A stretch of 64,000 bases of DNA from NCBI GenBank assembly GCA_019828565.1, contig JAHDYR010000025.1, positions 124,001 to 188,000 of the forward strand. Direction: 5' to 3'. Each line of letters opens with the position of its first letter. Positions within the stretch are counted from its first letter, which is position 1. This document shows positions 40,853-53,128 of this stretch, piece after piece. Below the pieces are notes generated by a model. That model saw only the letters and a list, made by a program, of their open reading frames with translations. It did not search any database and was not told the origin of the DNA. The position numbers and the translations under genes are program-made. The DNA comes from Carpediemonas membranifera BICM. Taxonomy: Eukaryota > Protista > Fornicata.

Positions 40853-41531
40853 TTAGCAGCACCCTCCGTTGCTGGCAGGCTTCGCGGGGCCGCCGAGGGG
40901 CACGGACTCCGCATGGTCGGGCCTAAACTGCGTGGGGACCCAAGAGGACCCGGCCACGTCGATCTGGGCACGGGAGGCGATGGAGTAAATCTCCTTGACG
41001 AGTTCGGTGAAGGACGCCTCGACGTTATCGCCGCTCAACGCGGATGTCTCGAAGTAGCTAAGCTTCGCCTCGCGGGCCTTCTGCTGGGCCTCGGCGGTGC
41101 TGACGCCACGGAGGTGGGGCTGGTCGGTCTTGTTGCCCACGAGCATGATGGCGATGTCGGGGTCGGCGTGCTCGCGAAGCTCCTTGAGCCAGCGATCGAC
41201 GTTGTCGTATGTTGCGCGCTTTGTGATGTCAAAGACAAGGAGGGCGCCCACGGCACCGCGATAGTACGCGGAGGTGATGGCGCGGTAGCGCTCCTGGCCA
41301 GCAGTATCCCAAATCTGTGCCTTCACAGTCTTTCCTTCCATCTTGAGGTTACGGGTGGCGAACTCAACGCCAATGGTCGATTTGGACTCGTAGAGGAACT
41401 CATTGCGCGTGAAACGAGAAAGGAGGTTGGATTTTCCAACGCCACTGTCCCCAATGAGCACAACTGTGTAACAAATACTGAATGTACGGACGTTTGAACA
41501 GATAATCGTAGTATTCTTCGCTCTCAGCCAT
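40853..41531 (-). CDS. RAB11: Rab11 GTPase; intron 41464-41491
   Basis: [29 protein letters not shown] after removing a 28-nt GTCCGT...TTACACAG intron; [20 protein letters not shown]; C-terminal CC. Confidence 0.95.
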
Positions 41532-41614
41532 CTCAGTCTTTTCGGCCCACAAGACATTTACGCGAAGGACCATAAATACGTAAATCCAGAACGAATCAAC
41601 TCTCACCACAAATC

Positions 41615-43760
41615 TCACTGATGTTCCCTGTAGAACTCCTGCAGCTCTGCCATGGTTTCGGGGCCCCACGGCTTGGAGTCCCGGACGGTCCATTGGGACA
41701 ACCGGGTCTTATTTGCGGGTTCCATAAATCGAGCATCCACGTAAACCACCGCGGCATAGTCGTTCTTGTGCCTGATAGCCCTGCCCGTGCACTGGTTCAC
41801 TGCCCTGAACGCCAGTGCCGCCACGTAGTCTCCGCCGTTGGGCCCGAGATGATCCTTTCGCAGGTTTAGGACGGGGTCAGCGATGTTGGGGTACGGGATA
41901 CCGACCATGAAGACAGCCCTGCCGTACTGGTCTCTGAAGTTGATGCCCTCGCTCACCCGCCCGCTCGACACGGCGAAGAGGGTGGCACGGCCGACGGAGT
42001 CGATGCGGGCCTGGAACGTCTCGAACGATTTGGCCCCGTCGACGTGCTCCCATACGGTCGGGGTGAGCATCTTGGGCATGGCGTCGTGTAGACGCCGTAA
42101 GTCCGCGTATGACGGCACGAAGACAACGCTGCCGCCCGGGACGTGCTTGATCGCGTCCCGGAGGAATGCCCCAACGAGCGGGTACTGCGCGGCCTTGGCG
42201 CCCTGGGTCAGGCGAATGGTCGTGCCACCGACGGCCGTCAGTACCCTCGAGAACAGCCGGTCCCTCGCCACGACGTGGGGAAACGACGCCTCCGTCACCC
42301 GGGCACTGGCGGCCGCGGGGACGACCGTGGCGATCATCTGGGCGATCGGACTGAGTGTTCCCCCGGCAATAGCCACCGCCCCCGCCGCGGTGAGTGGCTC
42401 CATCGGCACCCGGCTGTCGACCAGGATCAACCGGAGGCGGTCCGGGGCTGCGAGCACGCGGTACTGGTTTGGCGCGAGGGACACCGCCTCGGCCAGCCTG
42501 CTGAGGCCGCTGAGGCCGCGGGCTGAAGGCGGTGTCGACCCGGGCGACCCCGGGGCCAGCTCGGTCCGGGAAATGAAGCCGTCGATCTTCTGTATGGCGG
42601 CGGTGTTTTGGAAGAAGTGGATGACGGTCTTCCAGGCGACTGACCCTACCCGATCTCCCAGATCGAGCGGGTGGACGGTCTGCTCGGTCCCGCCCTCGGC
42701 TGGCAGCATCTTGTGCAGAGCCCGCACCAGGGCCAGGAGCTGGGCGAGGGCGGTCTTTGTCGGCTGGGTCAGCCGCTGTCTGTAGTGGGCCATGTACTGC
42801 CGCAGCCCGTTGGCCATACCCGCCAGCGTCTCCTTGGAAAGCTCGAGGTCGTGGCAGGAGGCCACTGCGCCTGCCAGGTTGTGCCCCTCGTCGATGATGA
42901 CGGCGGTATCGGGGCCGACTGCCAAGCCGAGGGCCTGCCGGGCCGGGCCAGAGAGCAGCGTCGGGTAGGGAAGCGCCACGACAGAGGCCGAGGGCAACGC
43001 CTCCCTCGCCGCGAAATAGGGGCACGCATTGTGCTCCTGGCAGGCCTTGATGGCGTCGCTCAGCCCGAGGGGCTCCGTGAGTAGGGCGGATGAGGCCAGT
43101 CGTACGTTCCCGGGGGTCTTGTAGGGGCACCCCTGGCCACTGCACAGCTCCTTGCACGCGTCCTCGATGTCTGCGCTGCGACGTACCGTCTCGTGCAAGC
43201 AAGTCTGCTTCTTAGATGCGAGGGTCACGACAACGGCCTCGTCAGCCCAGGCGGTCTGCTTGAACTCGGACACGAACTGCTCCAGCTGGCTGTGGGTCCT
43301 GCTGCTGAAGATCAGGACCCTAGGGGGCTTGGCGCTGAGGCTATCGGCGAAGAGCTCGTCGACAAGCTCGGTCACTATCCCGGGCTTGTAGTCAATGATG
43401 GTGTCAGGCTCAGCGACATTCCGCTCCATGCTACGGATCATCTTGCGGTTTGCTGCCGTCTCTGTCCGCAGATGGCCGAGCCTCTTGAGGTAGTCCTTGT
43501 ACGCGGCCTTGCCGGATGTGGCCTCTCTCATCCAGTCGGGTAATGCGTGAAAATGTGGGGTGGTACGTACTATCATCGTCTTCTTCAACTTTTCCACCCT
43601 CGGTGAGCCATCGCATGCCAGCACAGATGAGGCATGCCGTCTTCCCGGTACCGGTGGGCGATTCGAAGAAGCCAATGCGTCCTGCCACCAAAGCCTCGTA
43701 TATTGCCTTCATAAGCCCCTCCTGAGTTTCATATGGTTCATATGGGAATCGGAACTCCAT
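41615..43760 (-). CDS. CHL1: Fe-S DNA helicase CHL1/DDX11; intron 43543-43570
   Basis: FPYEPYETQ, FESPTGTGKT, PDW, SRTHSQLEQF, Cys cluster, CPYF, IIDEGHNL, GGTL, SEGINF, VNQCTGRAIRHKNDYA. Confidence 0.88.
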
Positions 43761-43990
43761 GCACGCGTTGTCCGGGCAAAACTGCGGTGCCGCGCCATGT
43801 TGCCACAAGGCCGCTCGTGGTACATCGATCGTTGAGGAGAGCCGCACACCACAGGCAGTGTCAGCCTCGCTAATATCCTGTAATCTCCTGGCATTCGTCA
43901 TCGGTTCAATCATCACAAATTTATAAACGACCGAGGGAAATATAGCTTAGCTCGTCAGGACTCCAGCATGCATGCAACAGCCACCATGTC

Positions 43991-45145
43991 TCACATCCCA
44001 GCGGGGGCCTGCCGGCTGAGCTTGGCCCGGTGCTGCCGGGTCTGCTCGACCTTCCACAGCAGCGCCCGGGCATAAAACTGCTCGCGGGCAAGCTTTCGGA
44101 TGGCACGGAGGCCCTCTGCGGTGTCGACCTCGTCGTCCGCCATGGCACGGTATATGGCGTACATGGCGTCCTCCAGCGCGTTGTTCTCGGCGTTGAGGCG
44201 GGTCACCTGCCGCACAGACGCGTTCATGGAGTCTGTAGCGTCGTCAACGACCGATCGCTGCGTTACATTGTTGTACGCGTCGGCGCTATCGAGGTTCTTA
44301 ATCTGTGTTTCGATTGTCATGAGCTCGGTCTGCATCTGGACGTGCTGCGCCTTCAGGGCCTCGGCGTCACTGGCCCGGCTCACCGCCTGCCGCTGCTGCA
44401 GATCCGCGTACACGTCATTGATCTCGTCGCTGATCCTGGACCCGAACTGGGCGAGCTCGGCCCGCCGATTAAGCAGGTCTCGCCGCATCCTATCAGAGAG
44501 CGTCGAGATGAGCGCCTGCTTGGCCGCCGCGGTCTGTGAACCGTATGTGAGCGGCATATACGAGCTGCTCTCGGGCTGGACGAGGGGCTGCCTGCTGCTG
44601 TACGGACCCCGTTGGGCCTCGGGGTAGAGGGTACCGCTCGGTTTAACCAGGCTGGTGCGGGTGACAGAGGGGCGGGTGGACGACAGTGGCGGGTTGGCGC
44701 TGAACACGAAGCACATTCTGTTGACGAGGCCGAGGAGGTTCGACTTATGATTCCAGTCCTGCGCGTAATCAATCGTCACCTTGCCCGTCGAGTCCACCAC
44801 TGGATGGTTGTGGCGGATGAACATCGTGTCTTTCGGTGGCAGGACGTATGAGAGCGGTGCTACGGCGGGGTACTCAGGGGGGATCCAAAAGCCAACGGGG
44901 GTGTTCCATTTCGACCCTTGGAAGTATACGGGGACGGTGCCCTTGAGCACAATGCAGTGTGCTTGTCCTCCTCTTGATGCTTTGTCTGGGATGACGCCGA
45001 GAACGGCCTCTAAATTTGGGAATACCTTCAATGCTTCAACGATGTGTTTCCTTACAAGACCAGCTTCCTTGTACGTGCCAATCTTGGTTATCAGGGCGTT
45101 AAGCTTCTCATAGAACACGTTTCCGATGCCTAGAGGAGGTGCCAT
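43991..45145 (-). CDS. VPS23: ESCRT-I subunit VPS23/TSG101
   Basis: UEV domain (LKGTVPVYFQGSKWNTPV..WIP..YP..AP), coiled coil, steadiness box AENNALEDAMY...IRKLAREQFYAR. Confidence 0.92.
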   Translation of the reverse strand: MAPPLGIGNVFYEKLNALITKIGTYKEAGLVRKHIVEALKVFPNLEAVLGVIPDKASRGGQAHCIVLKGTVPVYFQGSKWNTPVGFWIPPEYPAVAPLSYVLPPKDTMFIRHNHPVVDSTGKVTIDYAQDWNHKSNLLGLVNRMCFVFSANPPLSSTRPSVTRTSLVKPSGTLYPEAQRGPYSSRQPLVQPESSSYMPLTYGSQTAAAKQALISTLSDRMRRDLLNRRAELAQFGSRISDEINDVYADLQQRQAVSRASDAEALKAQHVQMQTELMTIETQIKNLDSADAYNNVTQRSVVDDATDSMNASVRQVTRLNAENNALEDAMYAIYRAMADDEVDTAEGLRAIRKLAREQFYARALLWKVEQTRQHRAKLSRQAPAGM

Positions 45146-45397
45146 GCAAGTGTTGGTCTTTTTCGATGGGGCTGATCCCGGCTACACTTGATCCATAACA
45201 ATACCGAGCATCAATAACAAGGTCTGGGACGCGCTCAGCCGGAACTCGGTCGATCAGCGCACATTGACTGCCACGCAGTAGCAGGATCAGCATTTATAAT
45301 TCCGGGGTGACCATCCAAGCTAAACTGCGCGGACAATTTGAGTGTTTCTCAGCCACAAACTCGTTGAGTGCATCAGACGCAAATATAAATACCAGCC

Positions 45398-46717
45398 TCA
45401 CATCATGGCCTGGTTGATCTCCCAGACCATGTCAGGCCGCGTCTCCGCGAGGTCATTACTCGCCAAGTGGGCGCAACCCCGGATCAATTCGGCCCTGATC
45501 CTATCTGGGCCGTCGCAGTCGATGTCTGCGGCCCCAGCGGACGCCCTGTCGTGCACACCACGGGCAATGGGGCCTGGGGGGAGCACTTGGGTCTGGCCGT
45601 TACATATGGTGCTGAGATACAGCAGTAAATGATAAAAAAGGCCCGCCCCCACCGAGTCCGGCATGAACTCGAACACCGCGGTCATGTAGCGGTAGATCTC
45701 CCCCGCTGCGTGGTCCGAGGCGTTGGCGACGGCCATGACGAGATCTACTGCGGCCACGGTGGCGAGGGTCGTCTCGTCCTGGGACAGCAGCTGTATGCAC
45801 TCGAGCACATCCGCCTGAGTCACCCCGCGGTCGAGCGTGGCCGCTATCACCTCCGCGTATGAGGGGAGGGCGCCGCCCGACAGCCAGCCCATGACGGCGG
45901 GCCCCTCAGCACCTGCCAGGACGGCGAGCAGGTGGCGCACTGTCGGCCGGCCCCCTACGATGCCCACGGCGGTGTCATTGCCGAGGATGGCCGCTAGACC
46001 CGTCACGGCCTCGAGGAGAGCCGCTTTCACTGTCGGGGTCTGGAGCTGTTGTTGCTCAACGGCCGTGAGGATGGATGCGGCCACGTCCTCAACGACACTA
46101 TGCTCAACCCTGCTCGCCAGAGCCGTGAGCGCCACGAGGGACCCCCGACCCATGGCAGCATACGCCAGGGCGTCCGGGAGTCGGCCTGGCGCTAGTAGGC
46201 CGGGGAGCATGCGGGCCAGGGCAGTGGCTGCTGAGGATGAGGCTGCTATGCGGGCCAGCTGCAACAGGAGGGGCAGGGCGGCGTCGGGGGTGGGTCCGGT
46301 GGCGAGGGCGAGCAGGCCGATGGGAGGTAGGGCCGGCTGGGGAGCGAGGGCGGTGAGATAGGGGATCGTCTGGGCATAAAGACCGTGCTTAAGCGGGAAG
46401 GGTGCGGCAGAGAGGGCGTGTGCTGGGTAGGCGTCCAGCAAGCGAGGAATGGCAGAGCTCGTTGGCGCAGCGGGAAATGATGCGACTACAGCAGCTAAAG
46501 CACATGGGAAGAGGTTCATCTTTGCATGATTGTGCAAAATGGCCATGATATGTACCTCTAAGTGGTCTGAAACTTCTTCCTCAGAGAAAAACTTTGATAG
46601 CTGTGTCGGTGGCGCGAACAGAGCCTCGTGTGCCTGCATGGGGAATTCAGCATCGTGTTTCAACCGTGCAATCCGGGCTTTAAAGGCTGTGAACGCATTA
46701 CCGCTCGGCGTCTCCAT
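45398..46717 (-). CDS. Hypothetical alpha-helical (HEAT-like) protein
   Basis: Long Ala/Leu-rich ORF with host codon bias. Confidence 0.55.
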   Translation of the reverse strand: METPSGNAFTAFKARIARLKHDAEFPMQAHEALFAPPTQLSKFFSEEEVSDHLEVHIMAILHNHAKMNLFPCALAAVVASFPAAPTSSAIPRLLDAYPAHALSAAPFPLKHGLYAQTIPYLTALAPQPALPPIGLLALATGPTPDAALPLLLQLARIAASSSAATALARMLPGLLAPGRLPDALAYAAMGRGSLVALTALASRVEHSVVEDVAASILTAVEQQQLQTPTVKAALLEAVTGLAAILGNDTAVGIVGGRPTVRHLLAVLAGAEGPAVMGWLSGGALPSYAEVIAATLDRGVTQADVLECIQLLSQDETTLATVAAVDLVMAVANASDHAAGEIYRYMTAVFEFMPDSVGAGLFYHLLLYLSTICNGQTQVLPPGPIARGVHDRASAGAADIDCDGPDRIRAELIRGCAHLASNDLAETRPDMVWEINQAMM

Positions 46718-46847
46718 GTACCGGCGTCGCCTTGGACAATCCTGCGGACCACAGATCGAGACCTCGCCGTTGGCCAGGGTAACCACGGCAAGGCACCCGC
46801 TCCCTCATGGCTCAGTATTTATGTATCATATCACAAAGGCCGGGCCT

Positions 46848-48446
46848 TCATACGTTGTCGTCGGCCCCACGCTCACGGGCCTTGCCGAGCTTGAGCTTCT
46901 TCACGTTCTTGATCGAATCGATGAAGCGATCGCCCTTCTTGCCCTCAGTGGCAGTCTTGATCGCCTTGGTGAGGTCGTTCTGCAGCAGCCTGTCGACGAG
47001 CTCATTCTTGCGAGGGAAGATCACCAGCAGTAAGAGCGCAGCCACCGCGATGAAGGGCATAGTGAAATATGCCCAGGGGAAGGCGTGGCGGATGAAGGCG
47101 AGGTTGTCGCAGATGCTGTTGAAGATGATGTTGGCGCTCGTGGCTCTCGCATACACACTGAACGACGTACACAGGAAGCGGACGAGGGCGAGGCTGATGA
47201 GGAGCATGACCATGGCGTTGAACATCAGCGCGTTCGAGTATGTGTTGTGCTTCTCGAGGGGGTGGATGTTGGCGAACAGCAGGATGCGGGTGCCCAGTCG
47301 GGTAACGCCCTTCACCGTGCAGGCCAGGAGGTAGACCGCGAAGACGCTGTAGAGGGCCGTGCCGAGGAATGGCAGGAAGTTCTCGAAGACGCGGAAGATG
47401 AGGTTCAGCCCGGGATGCAGGGGCTCCTCGGGGAGCACGAAGAGGACGAGATGCACCAACCACAGGGCGCTGAGGCAGAAGAGGAGAACGGCGACGACGA
47501 GCTTGCCCCAGTAGAGGAGGGGGAGGTATCTCTTGGCGCCGGTGGAGATCTGGATGTAGTCGTACTCCTTCTCGAGCTGGCGGGAGGCCTCTCTGATGCG
47601 GTTGGGGAGCTTTCGCTCAGCTCTCGTGAGCCTGCGCTTCTTGCCGTCGATGGCGTCCTCCTGCCGCTCCTTCATGTCGTCCGTGTACTTCTGGGCGATC
47701 TCTTTGAGCATCATCGCCCGGTTCCGGAATACGATCCTAAACTGCGCGACTCTGTCGTTCGAGAAGGGGCGTGGCCGGTACCTCCACTCGCTGATGAGGT
47801 CCATGGGGATTGCCACGGCCCCCACTGAGGCGAAGATGATGAAGAGGACCATGCCGATGACCGAGGCGAAGGCTATGACGTGGAGGTGGATCATGAGGTT
47901 GAGGTTGAGCGTCTTGCTGGAGGAGGAGAGGCTCGACACCGTCAGGGCCCCGAGGTCAGAGGCCGAGAAGGACGTGGAGGCAACCAGGTCGGAGCCGTAC
48001 GTCTGCACGGGGATCAGGGCCTCGCCGAAGACGAACCAGGTGATGACGATGACGACGGTGAAGACGAGGAAGAGCCCGGCGGCAGTGAGGACGGCCTTCA
48101 GGAGCTGCTTGATGATGTTGGGCTTCGTGTCGAGAGCCTCGTAGTAGACGATGGCGAAGGGGAGGACGAAGAGCAGCAGAATGACGTCGATAGCGGCGAC
48201 AGCGATCCACACGAAGAGGAAGGGGAAGAGGTCCAGGTCAGCAAAGGCTATGTCGATTGGGAGCAGGAATACGGTGAATAGGGCCATGAATGTACTCGTA
48301 CACATCACAATCTTAGGGATCCATGCCCTGAGCTTGTCCTCTGGGTGTTGGAACGTGAACAAGTACCACAGGCTGAAGAGGATGGAGGCGAGGACGCCTG
48401 AAACGGTGAAAAACGATGTAAAGATTATACCACCGATCGTTGACAT
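46848..48446 (-). CDS. LMBR1-like multi-pass membrane protein
   Basis: QHPEDK, LLPIDIA, PFAIVYYE, AIPMDLI...RP, T..NALMFN; about 9 TM helices; ATG 48446. Confidence 0.85.
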   Translation of the reverse strand: MSTIGGIIFTSFFTVSGVLASILFSLWYLFTFQHPEDKLRAWIPKIVMCTSTFMALFTVFLLPIDIAFADLDLFPFLFVWIAVAAIDVILLLFVLPFAIVYYEALDTKPNIIKQLLKAVLTAAGLFLVFTVVIVITWFVFGEALIPVQTYGSDLVASTSFSASDLGALTVSSLSSSSKTLNLNLMIHLHVIAFASVIGMVLFIIFASVGAVAIPMDLISEWRYRPRPFSNDRVAQFRIVFRNRAMMLKEIAQKYTDDMKERQEDAIDGKKRRLTRAERKLPNRIREASRQLEKEYDYIQISTGAKRYLPLLYWGKLVVAVLLFCLSALWLVHLVLFVLPEEPLHPGLNLIFRVFENFLPFLGTALYSVFAVYLLACTVKGVTRLGTRILLFANIHPLEKHNTYSNALMFNAMVMLLISLALVRFLCTSFSVYARATSANIIFNSICDNLAFIRHAFPWAYFTMPFIAVAALLLLVIFPRKNELVDRLLQNDLTKAIKTATEGKKGDRFIDSIKNVKKLKLGKARERGADDNV

Positions 48447-48765
48447 TTGTTCAGGTTCGCTGCGTTCAACGGGGGCGCGAGGATGTGCTCGCCTGTTGTG
48501 TGTGCCAAATCTGGCAATAAATAATATCGGCTGGATTCGGCGTGGTAGGGCGTCAGGACGCTGGGAGACGGTGTGCTGATCCATGCCATATTTGCTGTTT
48601 CCACTCCAGAAAATCTCCCGCCTCAAATAGCCCGAGATCATGGGTGGCTCTAGTGGCGTATCAGCCCCAAGCAACGCACACATGGTTCCTCACACATGCA
48701 TCCACTACCAACAGACGCTGAGTTCCACCCAGGGAGCCGTGTCACGGATAATGTTTACAACGGGG

Positions 48766-49393
48766 TTACTCCTGCGGCTCGGCGGCCTGGAACGTCGCTT
48801 CTACGTCAGAAACGGGGCAGGGCAGCCTGATGATGTTGCGGGACTTCTCGCCCTCGTAGTTGACGTCGGTGGTGAACTTGACGACCTGGGTGACGTCGCC
48901 GGTGTCGTTGAGCTTGGTGAATGTCCACGTGCCCTGGATGGGCTCGTGGCAGGGCTCGAGGCGGACGCAGGTGAGGGCGATCATCTTGTTGGCGGAGAGG
49001 GTCAGGAGGGCCTCGATGGTGGTGCCGTTGACCTCCTCGCGCCAGAGCCAGCCCATCCAGTTCTCGAGGTTGTCAATCTCGTACTTGATGCAGCGGCGCT
49101 CGCCGAGCTTGCTAACTGCAAGGGAGTGGAAGAGATCGTCCTCGGTAAGGCGGAGAAGAGCACGGCCGTTAATGCCATTCTTGCGGAAAGTCTCAGCGTG
49201 GTGGCGCATCTTGATGCCGTTGAGCCAAGAGCAAACATCACCTTCGCTCCACTCTTCGATGGCTGAGTAAGTCGCGAGGAAAAATTGGATCCCGAGAAGT
49301 GATCGCAATGTCAATGATAACAAGCTTGACAGCAATTCAGTGTCTTAGGACAAAATACATACGGTTGATCAACTTGATTCTGGGAGTACTCAT
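48766..49393 (-). CDS. SAM-domain protein; 100-nt intron 49263-49362
   Basis: PIEEWSEGDVCSWLNGI...FRKNGINGRALLRLTEDDL...LGER; exon 1 ATG 49393 joined via GTATGT...TTACTCAG. Confidence 0.75.
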
Positions 49394-49858
49394 GCCAAGG
49401 GCCGGGGATGGATTGGAAAATGTGGTGGTCAAATCCGACAAAACCAAGTCTTCATCAAATGATTAAGGTCACCTGCACAGAAATTGACTGTTCCAAACTC
49501 AGGAACGCGCATGTAAATCTCGTGTATACATGCTCTGGGATGCATCTCGCCCCTAGCTTGCATCCTCTGCGCGTTCGGGCATGGAATCGCAATGGGTCCC
49601 CAACTCGCTCGAGGACTGCGAGGCCTTGGGCATCCCATTGGGGCAGGTGTTGCAATTGTTTGCAGAGATTTTTGCATGGTCTCGCCATTCGTTTGAAACC
49701 TGCTCGACCCAAATAGATCTCATTATAGATCTTGTCCCAACAACGAAAATTTCACAAATATAAATGCCAAACTGCCAGATGACTCAGCCAGCACAGACGC
49801 TACCGGACATCTACCTGCAATTTCACTAAGACCGCCTTGACCGTTGAAGACTTGATCA

Positions 49859-52476
49859 ATGAGTGAGAAAGGGGCGACAGACGACGCCCGCGTTCAAGAT
49901 GACTACAATCGCTTGGATAGCTCTTCCGAGCCACGAAGAGTTGCTCCCGCCGCTGGCAGGGCCCGGTCGTCCGAGTCGGGGTGAAGTCGGTCAGTCAGAT
50001 GGTCGATGCAGCGGTGGACACCATTAGAGACTATGGACAGGCATATATCAGCTTGTCTGTGATCTTATGCGCATCGTTCTTTGTTGCTAAGGTCTTCGAG
50101 CGCCTCTCGCTGCCCAAAATTACTGCATACATAGCGACAGGCGCCATCGCAGGCCCGCATGTCCTCAAACTCCTAACTAGCGACGACATTAGTCGGCTTC
50201 TTCCAATCAACTACATCTCAATCTCATTCATTGCCTTTGTGGCAGCGTCGGAGTTGGAAATATCGTCCATCAAGCATCACCTTCGCGCCATCCTTGCATG
50301 TGTGGCCGCAGACAGCACGCTGATCCTCATTCTGACCTTTGCCGTCTTCTTCGGCCTGAGTTACTTCATCGGCTGGGCCTCGAACATCACCATCGCCGAG
50401 CGCGTGGCCATGGCGCTCCTCGTCGCCGTCCTCATGATCGCTCGGTCGCCCTCTTCGCTCATCGCTGTCATCAACGAGCTCAAGGCCCGTGGACCGTTTA
50501 CCTCGACGTGTCTCGGCGTCACCATGGTCACGGACGTTCTCGTCATCGTGGCCTTTGCCCTAGGCATGGCCGTCGCTGAGCCGCTGGTCACTAAGTCCTT
50601 CGACTCGGCCGCTGTCCTGGGCCTCCCGGCGACGCTTTTCCTCTCTCTCGTCGTCGGCCTCGTCCTGGCGTGCGTCTTCCACGTCGTCTTCTCCTTGACC
50701 CTTCCGTCCAAGTTCAAGAAACCTCTCCGTGTCATGCGAGCCATGGTCGTCATCGTCACTGGCTGGGCTGTGTACGCGTCCGAGGTGAAGCTCAGCCGGC
50801 TGTCGGTCTCGATGGACTGGGTCGTCAAGATTAGCGCAGAGCCCCTCTTGACGTGCATGATCGCGTCGTTCAGCGTCGTCAACGTCTCCTTGTCCGGTGT
50901 GGTCTTCACATACATCCTCCACGCCCTCGCACCCGCAGTTTACGCCGTTTTCTTCACGTACGTCGGCGCCACGCTCAACCTGGCCGCCATCAGCAGCGCC
51001 CTGGCCCCAGCCCTCGCCCTCGTCGTTATCCGCCTCGTCGGCATCGCCATGGGCAACTTCATCGGCTGCACCGTGAGCCGTCTCCCTCGTAAGGCAGCCT
51101 TGGTCGGTTGGGGCGGGTACATCACCCAGGCGGGAGTCGCCCTGGGCCTCTCCCAGGAGATGGCGCACCTGTTCGACTTCGGCGACGACGTGCTCTCGCT
51201 GTGCATCACGGTGATCGTCATCAACCAGCTCGTCGGCCCCGTCCTGGTCAAGATGGCGCTCAAGCACATGGGTGAGACGTCCCCGACGATTAGGGACATC
51301 CAGAAGAAGAAGAAGCGTGGTTTCATCGGTCATGCGGTGATCATCGGCCGCAACGGGCTCAGTGAGGTCGTTGCCGACCGTCTCGTCAGGTCTAACTGGC
51401 ATGTCGTCCTGGCCGACCACAAGGAGTGCCACGTCAGCCCCACGGACGTCGAGGTCCACAAGCGGGTGCAGGGCGTCAAGGACATCGTCGCCGCCCAGCG
51501 CCGGGAGCCAAGGCGCGGGTCCTTTAGCGACTCCGAGGACATGTCCGAGCCCGTCCGTGTCGGCAGCGACGAGTACCCCGCCCTCGATGCCGTGCCAGAG
51601 AACGAGGAGCCGACGCCCATACCACCGGGCAGGGGCGCGGCCAAGCTCGTGACGGGCATAGAGGCCGACCAGGAGACGCTGTGGGTCGTACGCACAGACG
51701 GGACACTGGAGGACCTCGACGGACTCTTCGCCCCGCCCGCTCCCGGCCCGGCGTCGCCCACGCACCCGCTAAAGGCAGCGGTCAGGAAGCGCGTGCAACT
51801 GATGACCCAGCGTGACCCTCGGCCTTCTGGGATCGCCGAGCTGCCCCAGCCGGACGTGGTCATCTCCCTCATGTCCGACGACACGCTGAACTACGCCGTC
51901 CTCAAGCACGCCAAGGAGGCCGGCGTGACCCGTCTCGTGTGTCGGGTGTACGATCCCCAATTCATCGGTCCCCTGCAGCGTATCGACGCATGTGTGGTTG
52001 ACCCCAGCACGGCGCTCGTAGACATGGTCCGCAGGTTCGTCGAGGAGCCCGACCCCAGCTGGAGCGAGCACGTCAACATCCATAGCTCGGAGCGGGTTCT
52101 CCACCTCAAGGGGGCGCTCCAGTCGCTCGAGGGTGTGCCCCTCGCGGCCCTGGCCCGCCTCGCCCCCGCGGACGTCATGATCTCGGGTGTCGTGCGGCAG
52201 GGCCACTGGCTCGCCGCGGCGTCGGGGACGGCACTGCAGGAGGGCGACAACCTCGTCGCGGTGGGTCATCCCGACTCACTCGACTCCTTCAAGGCGGACC
52301 TGCTGACCTTCTTCGAGCGCGTTAAGAAGGGTACGCAGGACATCACGGCGCCGTCGACACCACACGGCCATGACAGCTTCGGCGTGCAGGCGGTGCAGCT
52401 GGCTCGGGCGCTGACTGGACTGGCACGGAAGGACACGTTCCGGCACCGCATCGACCGGGACAGCAGCTTCGTGTGA
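49859..52476 (+). CDS. CPA2-type cation/H+ antiporter with RCK (TrkA-N/TrkA-C) domains; apparent 1-nt frameshift near 49980
   Basis: LPKITAYIATGAIAGP, ARSPS...INELKARGPFT, TQAGVALGL, GPV; IIGRNGL; C-terminal LQEGDNLVAVG; upstream ATG 49859 reads MSEKG...ESG out of frame at a G run. Confidence 0.8.
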
Positions 52477-53128
52477 GGGCGGTGTGTATACTTGCAATAT
52501 GTAACTCGGGTAAATGACACGCTTCAAGCATAGCATAGCATCTTGGACTGTGTGAGTCTTCTGTGGGGCGGGCTTGTCGGGGCTGAGTCTTCGCGAGCTT
52601 TTGGCCTTTAGGTGGCAGTCCTAAGTCTTCGTTGCCTGAAAAAAGATGTGCCGGAATTATTTTATAATATTTGTCTTCTTCTGTCTCTTCGTCCGTGTCT
52701 GCTTGCCCTTTGGGGCTTGGGTGTCGATCGCCATTCTCATGTGGACGAAAAACACCTGCTGCTCACTGCCCGTCCAATTGTGAAAGTTGATCTGCTTCCG
52801 TGTGTAATGCTCGTTGAGGTCCTCGTTGAGTTTTGCGAGCATCGTCACTTCTCATTCCCTTGTGGCCGAGTCTTCACCACTTTCGACTCACCGCACTCAC
52901 CCCGGGCGTGCACCCTTCCAATAATAATGGACTTGCTTGGTCGACTGCCAGATCACCAGGTCGGGTCAGGCTAAGGCGCTTGACACTGATCCGCCCCACT
53001 GAATAATCGCGAATGCTGCAGTCCGACATCTTATCAAACAGATGTGCATTAATCAGGGAAGACTACCCGATCCTGACGACACAGCAATAGGTTAACCCCG
53101 CAAGATACGAATAAATTTATCATGGACC

